Source: an uncultured Methanosarcinaceae archaeon (GTDB taxonomy: Archaea > Halobacteriota > Methanosarcinia > Methanosarcinales > Methanosarcinaceae). Taken from it: 64,000 nt of DNA. Within the stretch, counting starts at the first letter, position 1. The number at the start of each line of letters is the position of its first letter. The notes below the pieces were generated by a model. It was not told the DNA's origin. It saw nothing but the letters and a program-made list of their open reading frames with translations, and searched no databases. The position numbers were made by a program, and so were the translations under genes. The stretch spans positions 288,001 through 352,000 of the forward strand of contig CAVSHT010000004.1 in NCBI GenBank assembly GCA_963727895.1, given 5' to 3'. This document shows positions 1-11,299 of the stretch, piece by piece.

Positions 1-378
1 ATCGGTAACAAAAAAAATATTGCTGGATCTGGATTGCTGTTGATAGAGTTGGGAAAAAGTTCATCAACTGCTCTTTTGGCAGCAGAGGAACGGAAACTGG
101 AAAACTACTCTGGGAAAAAGTGAAGAAAAAATAGATTGGAGAAGTGATGACAGATCACTGGAGGGCATATGCAGAGTTTCTTCCAGAAAAGATCCATACT
201 CAATCAAAAGCAGAAACATTTACAGTTAAGGGATATAACAGCATATTGAGGCATTTCCTGGCAAGATTGAGAAGAAAGACAAAGTGTTATACGAAGAGTC
301 TTGAAATGCTAAAGTACTCGGTTATTCTATTGATGAAATACAGAAATAAAGAGTTAACTATGTTTAGTTAACAATGCC
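1..378 (+). mobile_element. IS1-family element, 3' part (window edge), inactivated
   Basis: Matches the other IS1 copies; A8 slippery run; ends in TAACAATGCC terminal IR; in-frame TAG at 132-134 and VEGY>VKGY change. Confidence 0.93.
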
Positions 379-1091
379 ACTTAATGTTGTCAACTGTATT
401 AGCACCTTTATCAAAAACAATAAGAGACCCTTTTTTGAGCTTACTTTTTACCTGGTTATAAGTCTTAAGAAAATGTTTCAGATCAAGAACATTTCCTTTG
501 TTGACTGTAATTCCAATGGGTATATTAATTGGCTTTTTGAGTTCACTGACTCCAACTGTTATCTGAAGCTTATCAGGTCTATGATCTCTGCTATACCCGT
601 ATTTACCAAGCTTGGCTTTAGTTCCGTGAAGAACAATACTTGTCCAGTCCAGGTTTATATCTGTCTCTTCAAAACCATAAACCGAAAATTGTCTAAGATT
701 TCCGATAGAATTTTTTCCTTATTACGTCCCAGGATTTCAAGGGTCCGGTAAAGGACTTTTTCATGAAAACTCTCTAGATTCAAAATCTCGAGAATTTCGT
801 CCTGATTTAACCATTTACCAGCTTCTTTAATGCTAAAGTTCTCGGTGAGCTTATAGCTCACCAAGCCTATTAACAAGCTATTGAGATCCAAACCCCGGCT
901 TTTATGCTTACTAAAAATATCAGAAAAATTAAGTTTTTCATAAAAGTATTGGACAGCAAGCATAGACCCGATAGGAACATATATATTCTTGTTGGGAATA
1001 GTTGGAAATGCTATTATTTTTGTTTTAATATTCATTGGACCGAATAAAACAAAATAAGAGCACTTATTTTTATCTAACTGTCAAACTCAGG
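379..1091 (-). mobile_element. IS1634-family element fragment with frameshifted transposase, interrupted by IS1
   Basis: Reverse complement of 30444-31160; end CCTGAGTTTGACA; DWTS..GYSRDHRPD motif out of frame with ORF 655..1035. Confidence 0.85.
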
Positions 1092-1252
1092 ATGTAATGC
1101 AACTTTTACTATTCTTTTTAAGGTATGATACTATATTTCAAATTACTTTTATAAAAAGCTAAATGTTCTCCAAAAAAGGGCTGCCTAAAAATAACGAATG
1201 ATTGATTCTTCCACAAATTCTCGATTGCTATTTAATGTCTCAAAAACCAATC

Positions 1253-2425
1253 TTATCTACGGTCAAGCTTTTTAACTCTTGTACGAGCCATTTCAGCCTT
1301 TGCTTTGAGACCTTTGCTTTCCCACAGATTAGCGGCGATTTTAAAAGAGTTTTCCGCTCCTTTCTGGTTGCCAAGTTTCAGGAAAACTATGCCTTTCTCA
1401 TACCAGGCTTCAGGAAAATTAGGGTTCTGTCTTATTGCTTTTTCAAAAGCTTGCAGGGCTTCTTTTTCAGAACCGATTTCAAAAAATACTTTTCCTCTGA
1501 GATGCCAGGCATCTGCATTTTCAACTTTTCCCTCAAGGGCTTTTTCAAAAGCTTCTCTAGATTTATCAAGTTCCTCAAGCCTTAAATGCAGCTTACCTTT
1601 TTCAAACCAGATGTTTTTGTCCTCAGGATTCTTTTCCATAACTTTATCATATTCTTTAAGTTCTTCTTCACACTGATGTATTCGAGCAAGCACCATATCC
1701 TTTCCGTTCCAGGCATTTTTCTGTACTGGATTCAGAGAAATAGACCTTTCAAAAGCCTCAAATGCTTGCTTGAAGTGTTCGTGTTTTAATAATGCAAATC
1801 CTTTATTGGTCCAGAGTCCTGAATTATTTGAATTTATTCTAGATGCACTTTCAAAAGCTTCAAGAGCTTCTTCGTAGCGTTTAAGCTTTAGCAGCGTGTT
1901 CCCTTTATGAAATAGAGCTGGAAAATTATCAGGATTTTCTGAAAGTATCTTGTTAAAAGCCTCAAGTGCAAGCCTGAGTCTTCCCTGTTTATACAGAGTT
2001 ACTCCTTCTTCATAGAGGCTTTCTGCGCTTTTCAGATCACTTTCTTCCGGATTTTCGTCTTCAAAACAGTTTTTTTGAATACCGGTTTCCGAAAGATACC
2101 TGAATTCTGGAGATGTATCCGATCCAAGCCTGAAATCAAGGTATTCAAATTCCTTTTTTGGCACAAAGGATTTACAAATCCATTCTTTCTCAACCTTACG
2201 ATTTGTTATAATGCAATATCCGTTAACATATTTAGAACAAACCTCGCAGCAGTAAATTCTCCTTTCCAACCGGTACCGAATCTGGTCAAGTTCAGTGGTT
2301 ACAAGTCCCTCATTCAGCCGTTTTTTGAAAGTTTCATAGGGTATATTCTTAATTTTGATATAGACCGTTGAAGGAGCAGGTGGGTTCCATTCTGGAAAAT
2401 TTGAGGTTTGTTTTTTGCAATTCAT
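1253..2425 (-). CDS. Tetratricopeptide repeat protein with N-terminal Cys-rich segment
   Basis: Repeated W..KG..L..L..Y/F.EA...FE.A TPR units; CCxxC..C..C near N-terminus. Confidence 0.88.
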   Translation of the reverse strand: MNCKKQTSNFPEWNPPAPSTVYIKIKNIPYETFKKRLNEGLVTTELDQIRYRLERRIYCCEVCSKYVNGYCIITNRKVEKEWICKSFVPKKEFEYLDFRLGSDTSPEFRYLSETGIQKNCFEDENPEESDLKSAESLYEEGVTLYKQGRLRLALEAFNKILSENPDNFPALFHKGNTLLKLKRYEEALEAFESASRINSNNSGLWTNKGFALLKHEHFKQAFEAFERSISLNPVQKNAWNGKDMVLARIHQCEEELKEYDKVMEKNPEDKNIWFEKGKLHLRLEELDKSREAFEKALEGKVENADAWHLRGKVFFEIGSEKEALQAFEKAIRQNPNFPEAWYEKGIVFLKLGNQKGAENSFKIAANLWESKGLKAKAEMARTRVKKLDRR

Positions 2426-2599
2426 AAATCTTACAGTTGTTCTACTTATTGTATATTCTTATTTTATGGGATTATTTTCTTTTTCTATAATATTCTCTTT
2501 ACTGGAAATTTCTTTTTACTAGAAGTTGTTCATCGAAATTATATGTTTATCCTGGACATCCAGTTCTCGTGGATATCCAGTTTATTGTATATTAAATAT

Positions 2600-3805
2600 T
2601 TAGTTTGTCTCATTTTCGGAGGATTCGGTACTAGAGGAAGATTTATTGACTTCTGTCTTATTTGTCGATGAAATTTTTCCTGATGTTGAAGTTGACGAAT
2701 TAGAAGACGTAGAAGTTGATCCTTGAGAAGATGATTCAGAAGACTTCTGTACAATTACTACTTTAGTAGCCGTCACAATTCCATATTTGTTTGTGGCTGT
2801 CAAAGTATAAGTCGTAGTTTTACTCGGGGATATACTCTGGCTTCCTGTTGAATCTACTGTTCCTATTTCAGGTTCAATCGAGACTTTGGTAGCTGATGAA
2901 ACGCTCCATATTAACTTTGAGCTTTCTCCTTCCTCAATAATAACGGGACTTACACTAAATGAGCCTATAGATGGCACTTTATTTAATGTTGTATTTTCCT
3001 CAGAAGCTGTGTTTTGAGATGTTGTGTCCTGAGAAGCCGTGTTTTGAGATGTTGTATCTTGAGAAGCTGTATTTTGAGCTACTGTGTCCTTAGATGCAGT
3101 ATTATCCTGAGAAGTCGTGTTTCCCTGAGATGCAGACTTTTCTTCACCTGATTGGTTTGATGAAGAAACATTCTCAGAAGAGGTATTATTTTCTTCAACT
3201 GTAACAGTACAATAAGCTTCGTCCTCTTTTTCTCCGTTTGAAGCTTTAAGTTTGTATGTTGTCGTGTTGGCAGGAGCTACTTTCAATGTTCCGGTAGAAT
3301 TTTCAACTCCTATCTCAGGTTCTATGGTAACATTTTGAACTCCGGAAACGTGCCAGTTAAGAATCGCACTTTCTCCTGTTGTGATAGTGTTAGGACTTGC
3401 CTCAAACGAGCTGATGAGAAGACTGTTTTGAGATTCTCCATTAACCGTAACAGTACAGAGTGCTACTTTTTCACTTCCCTTACTCGTAGCTATTAATTTA
3501 TAAGTTGTAGTTTCGTTAGGAGATACAGAAAGAGATCCATTCGAACTTACAACACCGATGTCAGGTTCTATGGTAATATTATCAGCTCCAGAAACATTCC
3601 AGTTCAAAATAGAAGATCCTCCTGGCTCAATAGTTTCCGGACCGGCATTAAAATCACTAATTCCTACCGCAGATGCAGGAATAAGAGTTTTTAGAGCAAT
3701 AGCTATACTCAATAAAGTACCAATTAATTTTATAAGTTCTGGCAACGAATTCCACGAAGACTTTATTTTGTCCCAGCTTGAATCTTTATCGTCCTGTTTA
3801 TCCAT
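2600..3805 (-). CDS. Membrane-anchored/secreted surface protein with three Ig/PKD-like repeats and Ser/Thr-rich linkers
   Basis: N-terminal hydrophobic helix; three ~83-aa repeats (SF.A.P..I..G.S..L.W.VS...TTTY.L.A); SQDTT/SQNTA repeats. Confidence 0.8.
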   Translation of the reverse strand: MDKQDDKDSSWDKIKSSWNSLPELIKLIGTLLSIAIALKTLIPASAVGISDFNAGPETIEPGGSSILNWNVSGADNITIEPDIGVVSSNGSLSVSPNETTTYKLIATSKGSEKVALCTVTVNGESQNSLLISSFEASPNTITTGESAILNWHVSGVQNVTIEPEIGVENSTGTLKVAPANTTTYKLKASNGEKEDEAYCTVTVEENNTSSENVSSSNQSGEEKSASQGNTTSQDNTASKDTVAQNTASQDTTSQNTASQDTTSQNTASEENTTLNKVPSIGSFSVSPVIIEEGESSKLIWSVSSATKVSIEPEIGTVDSTGSQSISPSKTTTYTLTATNKYGIVTATKVVIVQKSSESSSQGSTSTSSNSSTSTSGKISSTNKTEVNKSSSSTESSENETN

Positions 3806-4229
3806 ATCCAGACTCCAAAAAACCTCTAAATTAAAACAAATAATCAGTTCTTATGCAGGTCAAAAACTGATATGTGTTTTAGGAAAAGCTCGCCTTAAAA
3901 GCTAGAATTCATTAGGTTGTCATAGTTAACATTATTGATTTTTTAATTAATATCAAAATATATCGAGTAGTTAAATACTATCATATATATTAATTTTGGC
4001 TCATAATTTTAGAGAATTATAAGAACGTTTCTGAAAACTTATTTTTATATTCTCAAACATGCTTTTTATAAGAAAGGCAAAATTCAGACAGGACATTCTA
4101 AAAACTACAGTAAGTAATTATAGATAGATTGGAATATTTATTTCTATATTTTCTAATTTTTATCTGATTATTATATAATATTATTGGAGTTTATGGGTTA
4201 CGATAGCATAGTTCAGTTATCATAAGATA

Positions 4230-4302
4230 ATACATGGAGTTAAAGCACTATTCTTTTTATCCTTGGTTCAGGCCAGCTTGTAAAAGGGCAGGTATTCAGG
4301 GC
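4230..4302 (+). pseudogene. Degenerate partial duplicate of the 4582..4788 gene
   Basis: GGCCAGCTTGTAAAAGGGCA identical at 4271-4290 and 4642-4661, with similar flanks. Confidence 0.65.
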
Positions 4303-4581
4303 GTAGAGTAAGTATTGAAATATACATAATTATCTGTGTATTCATTTGATGATAGAAATTGTAATTTCATGGCTGTAATATAAATTGTAATTTTAATGGG
4401 ACTGATTTTGTGGGTTGCAAAAGATATAAAAAGCATATGAAAAGTCTAGAATTCATAAAAACAGGTTAAAAATATATAATAGAAAATGTACCAAAAAAAG
4501 TTGTTTTAAATAAAACAACTTTTATAAGTTAAGTTATTTATACTTCTCTTCCTATTTAGAACCTTAAAAAAGGTAAGTTCT

Positions 4582-4788
4582 ATGAACTGTTGCAGAACAC
4601 ACGGAATTCCAGCCTTATTTTCTTTTTTCATTCCAGGGCTGGGCCAGCTTGTAAAAGGGCATCTGTTCAAGGCTTTGGGTATCTGGATAGCTTTTATCGT
4701 TACCGGTATGATGCATATATTTGGTGCTGGATTTTTACTATGGTTTATTATATGGATCTGGCAGATCTATGATGCCTATAATGCCTGA
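4582..4788 (+). CDS. Small membrane protein
   Basis: SFFIPGLGQL and W.WQIYDAY motifs, two to three hydrophobic segments. Confidence 0.75.
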   Translation: MNCCRTHGIPALFSFFIPGLGQLVKGHLFKALGIWIAFIVTGMMHIFGAGFLLWFIIWIWQIYDAYNA

Positions 4789-5039
4789 TTAAAAACAAAC
4801 AATTAGAAAAATGAATGTAATTATAATACTGTAGCAAATAATTTTCCCATATATTACAGCTGTTTAAAAGAAATATTAATCTATTGTGATTAAATCTCGA
4901 CTTATTGTAATATTTTGAATAGGATTGTACTATTTAGAACAATCTTCTCCTTTTTTCTCTTACTATCTATAAATTGTTCTTAGCTGTTTAAGGCTAATCC
5001 CTTAAATTTGATTTATTCTGATCTATGAAATAATAAATG

Positions 5040-5779
5040 GGTATTGTTACTTAACTATACCTAGTTCTTTATTTCTGTATTTCATCAATGGAATAACCGA
5101 GTACTTTAGCATTTCAAGACTTTTTGTATCACACTTTGTCTTTCTTCTCAATCTTGCCAGAAAGTGCCTCAATATGCTGTTATATCCCTCAACTGTAAAT
5201 GTTTCTGCTTTTGATTGAGTATGAATAGTTTCTGGAAGAAACTCTGCATATGCCCTCCAGTGATAGGTCATCACTTCTCCAATCTCTTTTTTCTTCAATT
5301 TTTCCCAGAGTAGTTTTCCAGTTTATGTTCCTCTGCTACCAAAAGAGCAGTTGATGAACTTTTTCCCAACTCTATCAACAGCAATCCAGATCCAGCAATA
5401 TTTTTTTTGTTACCGATGTAAGTGTGCATCTCATCCATTTCAACAATAGATATCTCACTTTCACTTTTTAGGTTCTCTAACTCCTGACCAAATTTCTTTA
5501 TCCATCTTTGGACAGAAACATGACTAACCCCTAAAACTCTTCCTATTGAACGAAAGCCCAATCCTTCAAGGTAAAGTTGTAAAGCCTGTCTTTTTACAGA
5601 AGCGGAAAAAGCAGTTGATTTTAGCTCTACTGTATAGTTATATCCACAATCAGAGCATTTGTAGCGTTGACGCCCGCCAACTATACCGTTCTTTTTGTGA
5701 CTGGAGCTATTGCATCTGGGGCAGTTCATGAAGAAATATATGTTATAAGCATATATATCTATTTTTGTATACCAATGCC
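5040..5779 (-). mobile_element. IS1-family element, 740 bp, insA/insB split by A8 frameshift site
   Basis: Terminal IRs GGTATTG/CAATGCC; 8-bp TSD AATAAATG; TDHW>TYHW change at a probable catalytic Asp. Confidence 0.96.
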
Positions 5780-5939
5780 AATAAATGTACTCTTAAGTTT
5801 CAACGTAGAAAGTAAATCCTTACTTCTGCGCCGGGAAAGCATTATCGTGCAAAGAAAGCTTATTGAATTGATCACTTTTTCATGTGGAACTAAAAAAATC
5901 TGAAACAGCAACGTTATTATGCTGTAAAACAATTTCTAA

Positions 5940-7004
5940 ATGGGGATTGATATGATAAAAGAAGCCATGTTCTACGAGAAAATAAAAGATAATAAAGTAC
6001 ATTGTAATCTCTGTGCTCATAGCTGTAAGATTTCCCCAGGAAAAAGAGGCTTTTGTGGGGTCAGAGAAAACAGGAAAGGCGATCTATACACTCTTATTTA
6101 TGGGACAGTTTCAAGCGAGGCAATTGATCCTATTGAAAAGAAACCGCTCTATCATTTTTATCCAGGGTCTTATGTTTATTCAGTTGGGTCAGTTGGATGC
6201 AATTTTCGTTGTAAACACTGTCAGAACTGGTCGATTTCCCAGGCTTGTCTAGAAGATGCTTATACAATGGATGTTCTTCCCGATGAATTGATAGAAAGAA
6301 CACTTCTCTCACGCTCAAGTTCAATTGCCTGGACCTACAATGAACCTACAATCTGGCACGAATATACCTACGAATGTGCAAAACTGGCAAAAGCCGCAGG
6401 GATTGCAACAATCTATGTAACAAACGGATATATGACGCCTAATGCCCTCAGACATATTGCGCCTTATCTGGATGCCGCCAATATTGATATCAAAGCATTT
6501 AGTGAAAAATATTATCACGATGTTGCCAGTGCAAAACTAGCTCCTGTACTTGAAGCTTCTGTCCTCGCAAAAGAACTTGGAATCCATGTAGAGATAACAA
6601 ATCTTATTATTCCCAGTAGAAACGATTCTCCTGATGAGTTAAGAGAACTTTCAAAATGGGTATATAAAAATATGGGACCTGAAACTCCTCTTCATTTTAC
6701 ACGCTTTCATCCTCAGTACAAGATGCAAGATTTACCTCCTACACCTATAAACACCATGGAGGAAGCATGTAAGATTGCAACTGAGGAAGGGATGAAGTAT
6801 GTTTATATGGGTAATGTCCCTGACAGTGAGCACAATAATACTTTTTGTCCTAACTGTGGAAAGACCTTGATTACCCGTGGCTTTTTTGAAATTAAAAAGT
6901 ACGAAATCACACCTGAAAAAACCTGTCCCAAATGTGGGGAACACATTCCGATTATAGGTGAATTTGCAGGCTCAAAGCAGGATCCAGATGAATATGAATA
7001 TTAA
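5940..7004 (+). CDS. amrS: AmmeMemoRadiSam system radical SAM enzyme (PFL-activating-enzyme-like)
   Basis: CNFRCKHC (CxxxCxxC), DPIEKKPLYHFYPG, TYNEPTIW, C-terminal CxxC pairs; true start may be 5952. Confidence 0.88.
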   Translation: MGIDMIKEAMFYEKIKDNKVHCNLCAHSCKISPGKRGFCGVRENRKGDLYTLIYGTVSSEAIDPIEKKPLYHFYPGSYVYSVGSVGCNFRCKHCQNWSISQACLEDAYTMDVLPDELIERTLLSRSSSIAWTYNEPTIWHEYTYECAKLAKAAGIATIYVTNGYMTPNALRHIAPYLDAANIDIKAFSEKYYHDVASAKLAPVLEASVLAKELGIHVEITNLIIPSRNDSPDELRELSKWVYKNMGPETPLHFTRFHPQYKMQDLPPTPINTMEEACKIATEEGMKYVYMGNVPDSEHNNTFCPNCGKTLITRGFFEIKKYEITPEKTCPKCGEHIPIIGEFAGSKQDPDEYEY

Positions 7005-7188
7005 GCTTTATTACTAATATGGCAGAAAAGATGTTTAAAGAAAAAAAGCAAGGACTGCACTACAAAGAAAATAAGAAGTTAAGAAGATATTAGAGAGAAA
7101 AACTGGTAGCAGAAAAGAACTATATAAAAACCGTAATATACTAAATTTCCAGAAACTATTGAGTTACTTTTTCTCTGCGAGGATAGTT

Positions 7189-7758
7189 TTATTTCTCAGA
7201 TATATATTTCTCATAACCTTCTTGAAAGATTTTTATGATTCCTGTTTGCAGGGAAGGCGTATATTTATCGGGTTCAACTTTTATTTTGTCATATAATTCT
7301 TCAATCTCTATCCATTCTACATATGATGCCTCTTCTGGATCAGGTTGAATTAAGCTTGCAGTTTTTTCTGAGCATCGACCTGAAAATACTGTGTGAAAAG
7401 CACCTTTGTTTTGGAAAATGCAGGGAATTTTGAATAATTTCCTGAATGGAACCGATATTCCTATTTCTTCAAGCATTTCCCTTTTCATGCAGGCTTCATA
7501 AGATTCGTTTGCTACAGTACCGCTTACTGAGTATGTATAACGATCTGGAAACCACTTTTTTTGAGGCGATCTTTTCTGGATAAGCATTTTATTTTCAGAG
7601 TTGAGTAAAATAAGTTGAGCAGCTCTGTGAATATAGCTTCCTGAATAAAACTCCTCCCGCTCGCGCAGGCCAAGAAAATTATCGTTTTTGTCGACTTCAC
7701 TGATTAGTTCTGTCACAAAAGAACTCCTTTTAAGTTGTTTTTCACAATCCAGTTTCAA
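7189..7758 (-). CDS. NUDIX hydrolase (IPP-isomerase-like)
   Basis: HRAA..LLN, QKRS..K..FP, ESYEACMKREMLEEIG Nudix box. Confidence 0.8.
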   Translation of the reverse strand: MKLDCEKQLKRSSFVTELISEVDKNDNFLGLREREEFYSGSYIHRAAQLILLNSENKMLIQKRSPQKKWFPDRYTYSVSGTVANESYEACMKREMLEEIGISVPFRKLFKIPCIFQNKGAFHTVFSGRCSEKTASLIQPDPEEASYVEWIEIEELYDKIKVEPDKYTPSLQTGIIKIFQEGYEKYISEK

Positions 7759-7868
7759 CTGGTTAAAAATAAGAATTTCAGTTAAAATAAAAAATGACAG
7801 GCTTCAATAAAAGGCTAAACCTGAAGTAATGCCATGAAAATAAAAAAGAAATTCACTTTTCAGGATTA

Positions 7869-8177
7869 TCAGGGTTCAGAAACCTCTTTTGGTCTTTCTG
7901 CGGCTTTCTGGATTTCTTCCAAAAGCTGATCGTCGGTCTTACCTCTTATCTCAATTCCTAGTTTCTGAGCAGTTTCCTGTACTTTAGTCTTTGGAACTGA
8001 AGGCTCAGAAGATATAGATTTTTCAAACTCACGAAGACTTAATTCGGATTCCTTCTGAGCTTTCTTAAATTCTCCAACCGAACTTCCCATGGACCTTGCC
8101 AGCTCCGGAAGTTTAGATGCCCCAAAAAGGAGTACAATTATTGCGAAGATTGGTATAAGTTCCTGTGCACCTATCAT
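7869..8177 (-). CDS. tatA: Twin-arginine translocase TatA/E subunit
   Basis: LLFGASKLPELARSMG..GEFKK signature. Confidence 0.92.
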   Translation of the reverse strand: MIGAQELIPIFAIIVLLFGASKLPELARSMGSSVGEFKKAQKESELSLREFEKSISSEPSVPKTKVQETAQKLGIEIRGKTDDQLLEEIQKAAERPKEVSEP

Positions 8178-8386
8178 GGCTTAACCTCAAGCTGTCGTAT
8201 TTTTAGATAATGATTCAGCGGGTATTAATAATCTGAATATTAAAATATCTCTAAATTAAGCTAAGATTTTTAATGTTATATAAAGTTTCTATTATTCTTT
8301 ATTATTTTATATAAATTATATATCTAATTCTTTTTATTTGCCTCTTTTTTCTAGTTCTCCTTTTGTCTTAGCTTGATCCTGATGCT

Positions 8387-8725
8387 TCAGTTTTTCTGTA
8401 GCTCTTTCTTTTCAAGGATATATTTTTCGGTTTCAGGAGTATTTACCAAGGTCGCGCTGGCTTTTAGATCTGTATTGTTTTTTGCTTCTGTACTGCTTTC
8501 AGAATTATCCTTTTGTTCCTTTTCTTTTTCTTTGGAAGTAACTATATTCGCGGCTTTTCGTGTGTAAGCGTCGAATTGATTAAGCTCAAGCTCAGAAGCA
8601 CGCTGCGCTTTTTTAAATTCCCCCATTGCACTTCCTAAAGACCGCGCAAGTTCGGGAAGCTTCTGAGGCCCAAAGAGGAAGAGAGCAACAATAAGGATTG
8701 CTATCAATTCTTGTGTGCCTATCAT
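8387..8725 (-). CDS. tatA: Twin-arginine translocase TatA/B-like subunit
   Basis: LFGPQKLPELARSLG..GEFKK signature. Confidence 0.9.
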   Translation of the reverse strand: MIGTQELIAILIVALFLFGPQKLPELARSLGSAMGEFKKAQRASELELNQFDAYTRKAANIVTSKEKEKEQKDNSESSTEAKNNTDLKASATLVNTPETEKYILEKKELQKN

Positions 8726-8897
8726 AGGAGGTTATTATCAATAATCTTATATAAAAATTCTTGTAATCGAATCGGATAACATCAACAAACGGGACATTCA
8801 TTAAAAATTTATATTTATTAAAAGAAAAAGGCAATTAATTGAGCAAAAGGGTCCTCAAAAGGGTCTGATTTCCCAAAATATCCTGATTAATAATTAC

Positions 8898-9677
8898 TCA
8901 AAATACTCTAATTAGTAATAAACTGAATTCAAACAGGATTCCAAGTAGAAATGCCACAAGAATCTGGGCAATAAAAGTAGGGTCTGGAGAAAGGAATAGT
9001 GAAAATGCTACAATTATACTGTAAACCATAAATCTCTGCTTTTTGAGGGTCTGATACTGTATGAGCCCCATTTTCACGGCAAAAACCACAAGTAGAGGTA
9101 GCTGAAATACAATTCCAAAACCTGCCAGGATTGTGGTTACGGCTGATAGAGTATTCTGAACGGAAAGCTGTGCTGTAGCCGTGTCACCTGAAAAAAATAA
9201 AATGTATTTGAACATTATAGGCAGGACGATAAAATAACCTATAGAAGCTCCAAAGATGAAAAGCAGGAAAGATGCTGGGATGATCTTGAGGAAAAACCGT
9301 TTCTCATGCGGATAAAGCCCTTTGCCTGCAAACCTGTAAAGCTGGTAGAAAAGCAGAGGGATTGAAGTAGCTAAAGCAAAGACAAGGCAGAGCTTGAGGC
9401 GAGCAAAGGTCCATTCCAGAGGCGAGTAAGCTGTCATATAGAGGTCAGGACTAATAAACTCCTTCCAGATCAGCAGCATTCCTTTCGCCGAGAATGGATA
9501 AGCAATAATTATTCCTACACAAAGCCAGATTAAAACGATTGCCAGCCGGTTTCTGAGCTCTAACAGGTGGGTCACGAGAGACTCTTCAGTATCTCCTGGG
9601 ACACCGCAAGTATACGAATTAATTCCGGATACTGTTTCATTGGAAGTATTTCCGTTGCCTACGTGCTGTGAATCCAT
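8898..9677 (-). CDS. tatC: Twin-arginine translocase TatC
   Basis: HLLELRNRL, SPLE, GLYPHEKR, GIVFQLP, SPDP; six TM segments. Confidence 0.92.
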   Translation of the reverse strand: MDSQHVGNGNTSNETVSGINSYTCGVPGDTEESLVTHLLELRNRLAIVLIWLCVGIIIAYPFSAKGMLLIWKEFISPDLYMTAYSPLEWTFARLKLCLVFALATSIPLLFYQLYRFAGKGLYPHEKRFFLKIIPASFLLFIFGASIGYFIVLPIMFKYILFFSGDTATAQLSVQNTLSAVTTILAGFGIVFQLPLLVVFAVKMGLIQYQTLKKQRFMVYSIIVAFSLFLSPDPTFIAQILVAFLLGILFEFSLLLIRVF

Positions 9678-10354
9678 TTTTTCTGCTCTTACATGTACCT
9701 ATATAAATATATTAATATCGGAACATAACATTATAGTAAATTTTGTATCTGCTATAATACGTCATTTTTCCATATAGATTACAACCATTTTAAGATATAT
9801 TTTCGCAATATCTTTCTACTATATATTTGCATACTTGATAACTGTATACTGAAAATTTATGACGCAAACTTATGACACTAAGCCATTATACTATTATCAT
9901 TTAAAAATGATTACTAAAACGCGATTACGATAATTGCTGAAGAGATTATGAACCACAATATTATTTGATTATAAAATCATACCTTAATTATACCTTGATT
10001 GTATAACTTAATAAGAATAATTAATATTATATATATCGTATTAATAAAATAATCTGTTAAGATAATCTAATTGATGAAAATAACTGTAATTTCTCAGTTC
10101 CCGATACTCAAACATCAAATTCCGTATCGGGGTTGTTTTTTTCTTTAACAGAACTTCTCCTGAATGGCTGGAGTTCCATGGAATAATTGAAGGATTTCAT
10201 AAAGAGCGGGATAAAACTAAAGCGAAAAAACAAAATAGGTAAAAGAAAGTTGATGATAAATCTATGTAGTGAGCAAGTCTCACTGTAATGAATATAAGAG
10301 TTCCCTTAAATAGGATAAAGAACTTTCTTTTGCTTCTCAGGATAGGTACTCAAT

Positions 10355-11140
10355 ATGTCTGAAGCCATTGAAAATCTCAGTGTAATTCTACGGACCCTGC
10401 GAAATAAGTTACTTGTGATTAGTGGGGTTTTTCTTGCAGGAATTATTGTCTCTTTCCAGTTTACAAGTCCTCTAATCAAGAGAATGAAAATTGACCTTCT
10501 TCCTGAGGGCGCAAAGCTGGTCTATGTATCTCCTCTTGAAGTAATGATGCTGGAGCTAAAGCTCTCTATCATAATAGGAGCACTCCTTACTCTACCTGTT
10601 ATTGCATTCTATATTTATCGTGCCATCTCAAAAAAGTATTCAATCAAAGTTCCAGTATCTATTGGAAAAGGACAATTCATTTTTCTAACTATATCAGTTA
10701 TTATTATGTTTGTTATTGGATGTGCATATTCTTATTTCTTTATGTTACCTCTTTTTCTTAAGTTCCTATACATTGATGCAGCAGATTCAGGTGTGACTGC
10801 GACTTATTCGGTTTTTAGTTTCATATCATTTATAGCAACAACTACAGCGATTTTTGGGCTGGTCTTTGAGTTCCCTATAGTACTTACTTTCCTTACCCGA
10901 AGTGGATTTGTAAAATATAGTACTCTTGTGACCTACCGCAAACACATTTATGTTATTATCATGTTTGTTGCAGCTGTCGTTACTCCTGGTACAGATGTCT
11001 TCAGTGAAATGATGGTTGCCATCCCCATGATAATCTTTTTTGAGATCAGTATGGTGATTGTTAAGGTACTTGGTGTGAAGAACAAACTTTCCAAGACTGA
11101 ATCTTCAGCAACTGCGTTAGGGATTACAAGAAGGGACTAA
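10355..11140 (+). CDS. tatC: Second, divergent TatC
   Basis: SPLEVMM, GLVFEFP, YRK..Y, VTPGTD; six TM segments. Confidence 0.88.
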   Translation: MSEAIENLSVILRTLRNKLLVISGVFLAGIIVSFQFTSPLIKRMKIDLLPEGAKLVYVSPLEVMMLELKLSIIIGALLTLPVIAFYIYRAISKKYSIKVPVSIGKGQFIFLTISVIIMFVIGCAYSYFFMLPLFLKFLYIDAADSGVTATYSVFSFISFIATTTAIFGLVFEFPIVLTFLTRSGFVKYSTLVTYRKHIYVIIMFVAAVVTPGTDVFSEMMVAIPMIIFFEISMVIVKVLGVKNKLSKTESSATALGITRRD

Positions 11141-11299
11141 AATTGAGTCACAGAAATAGTTGTGAGTAATGACACTTGAAAAAGTCACTCAAACATTTTT
11201 CACCACTCTTCTTCTGTAATTTACTGATTGTTAGCTGTCTGGTTGTCCTGATATTATTTCAACAGACTCAAGAAAGTCTTATTTAATCTGGTTCCTATC

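Noticed and set aside
374..751. 125-aa ORF and similar short ORFs overlapping larger genes or IS elements
   Set aside because: Antisense or alternate-frame shadows with no recognisable motifs
5940..7758. Complete AmmeMemoRadiSam system
   Set aside because: No AMMECR1 or Memo partner genes are in the window
10099..10132. Hairpin CCCGATAC/GTATCGGG between the tatC genes as an ncRNA
   Set aside because: A single 8-bp stem is insufficient evidence
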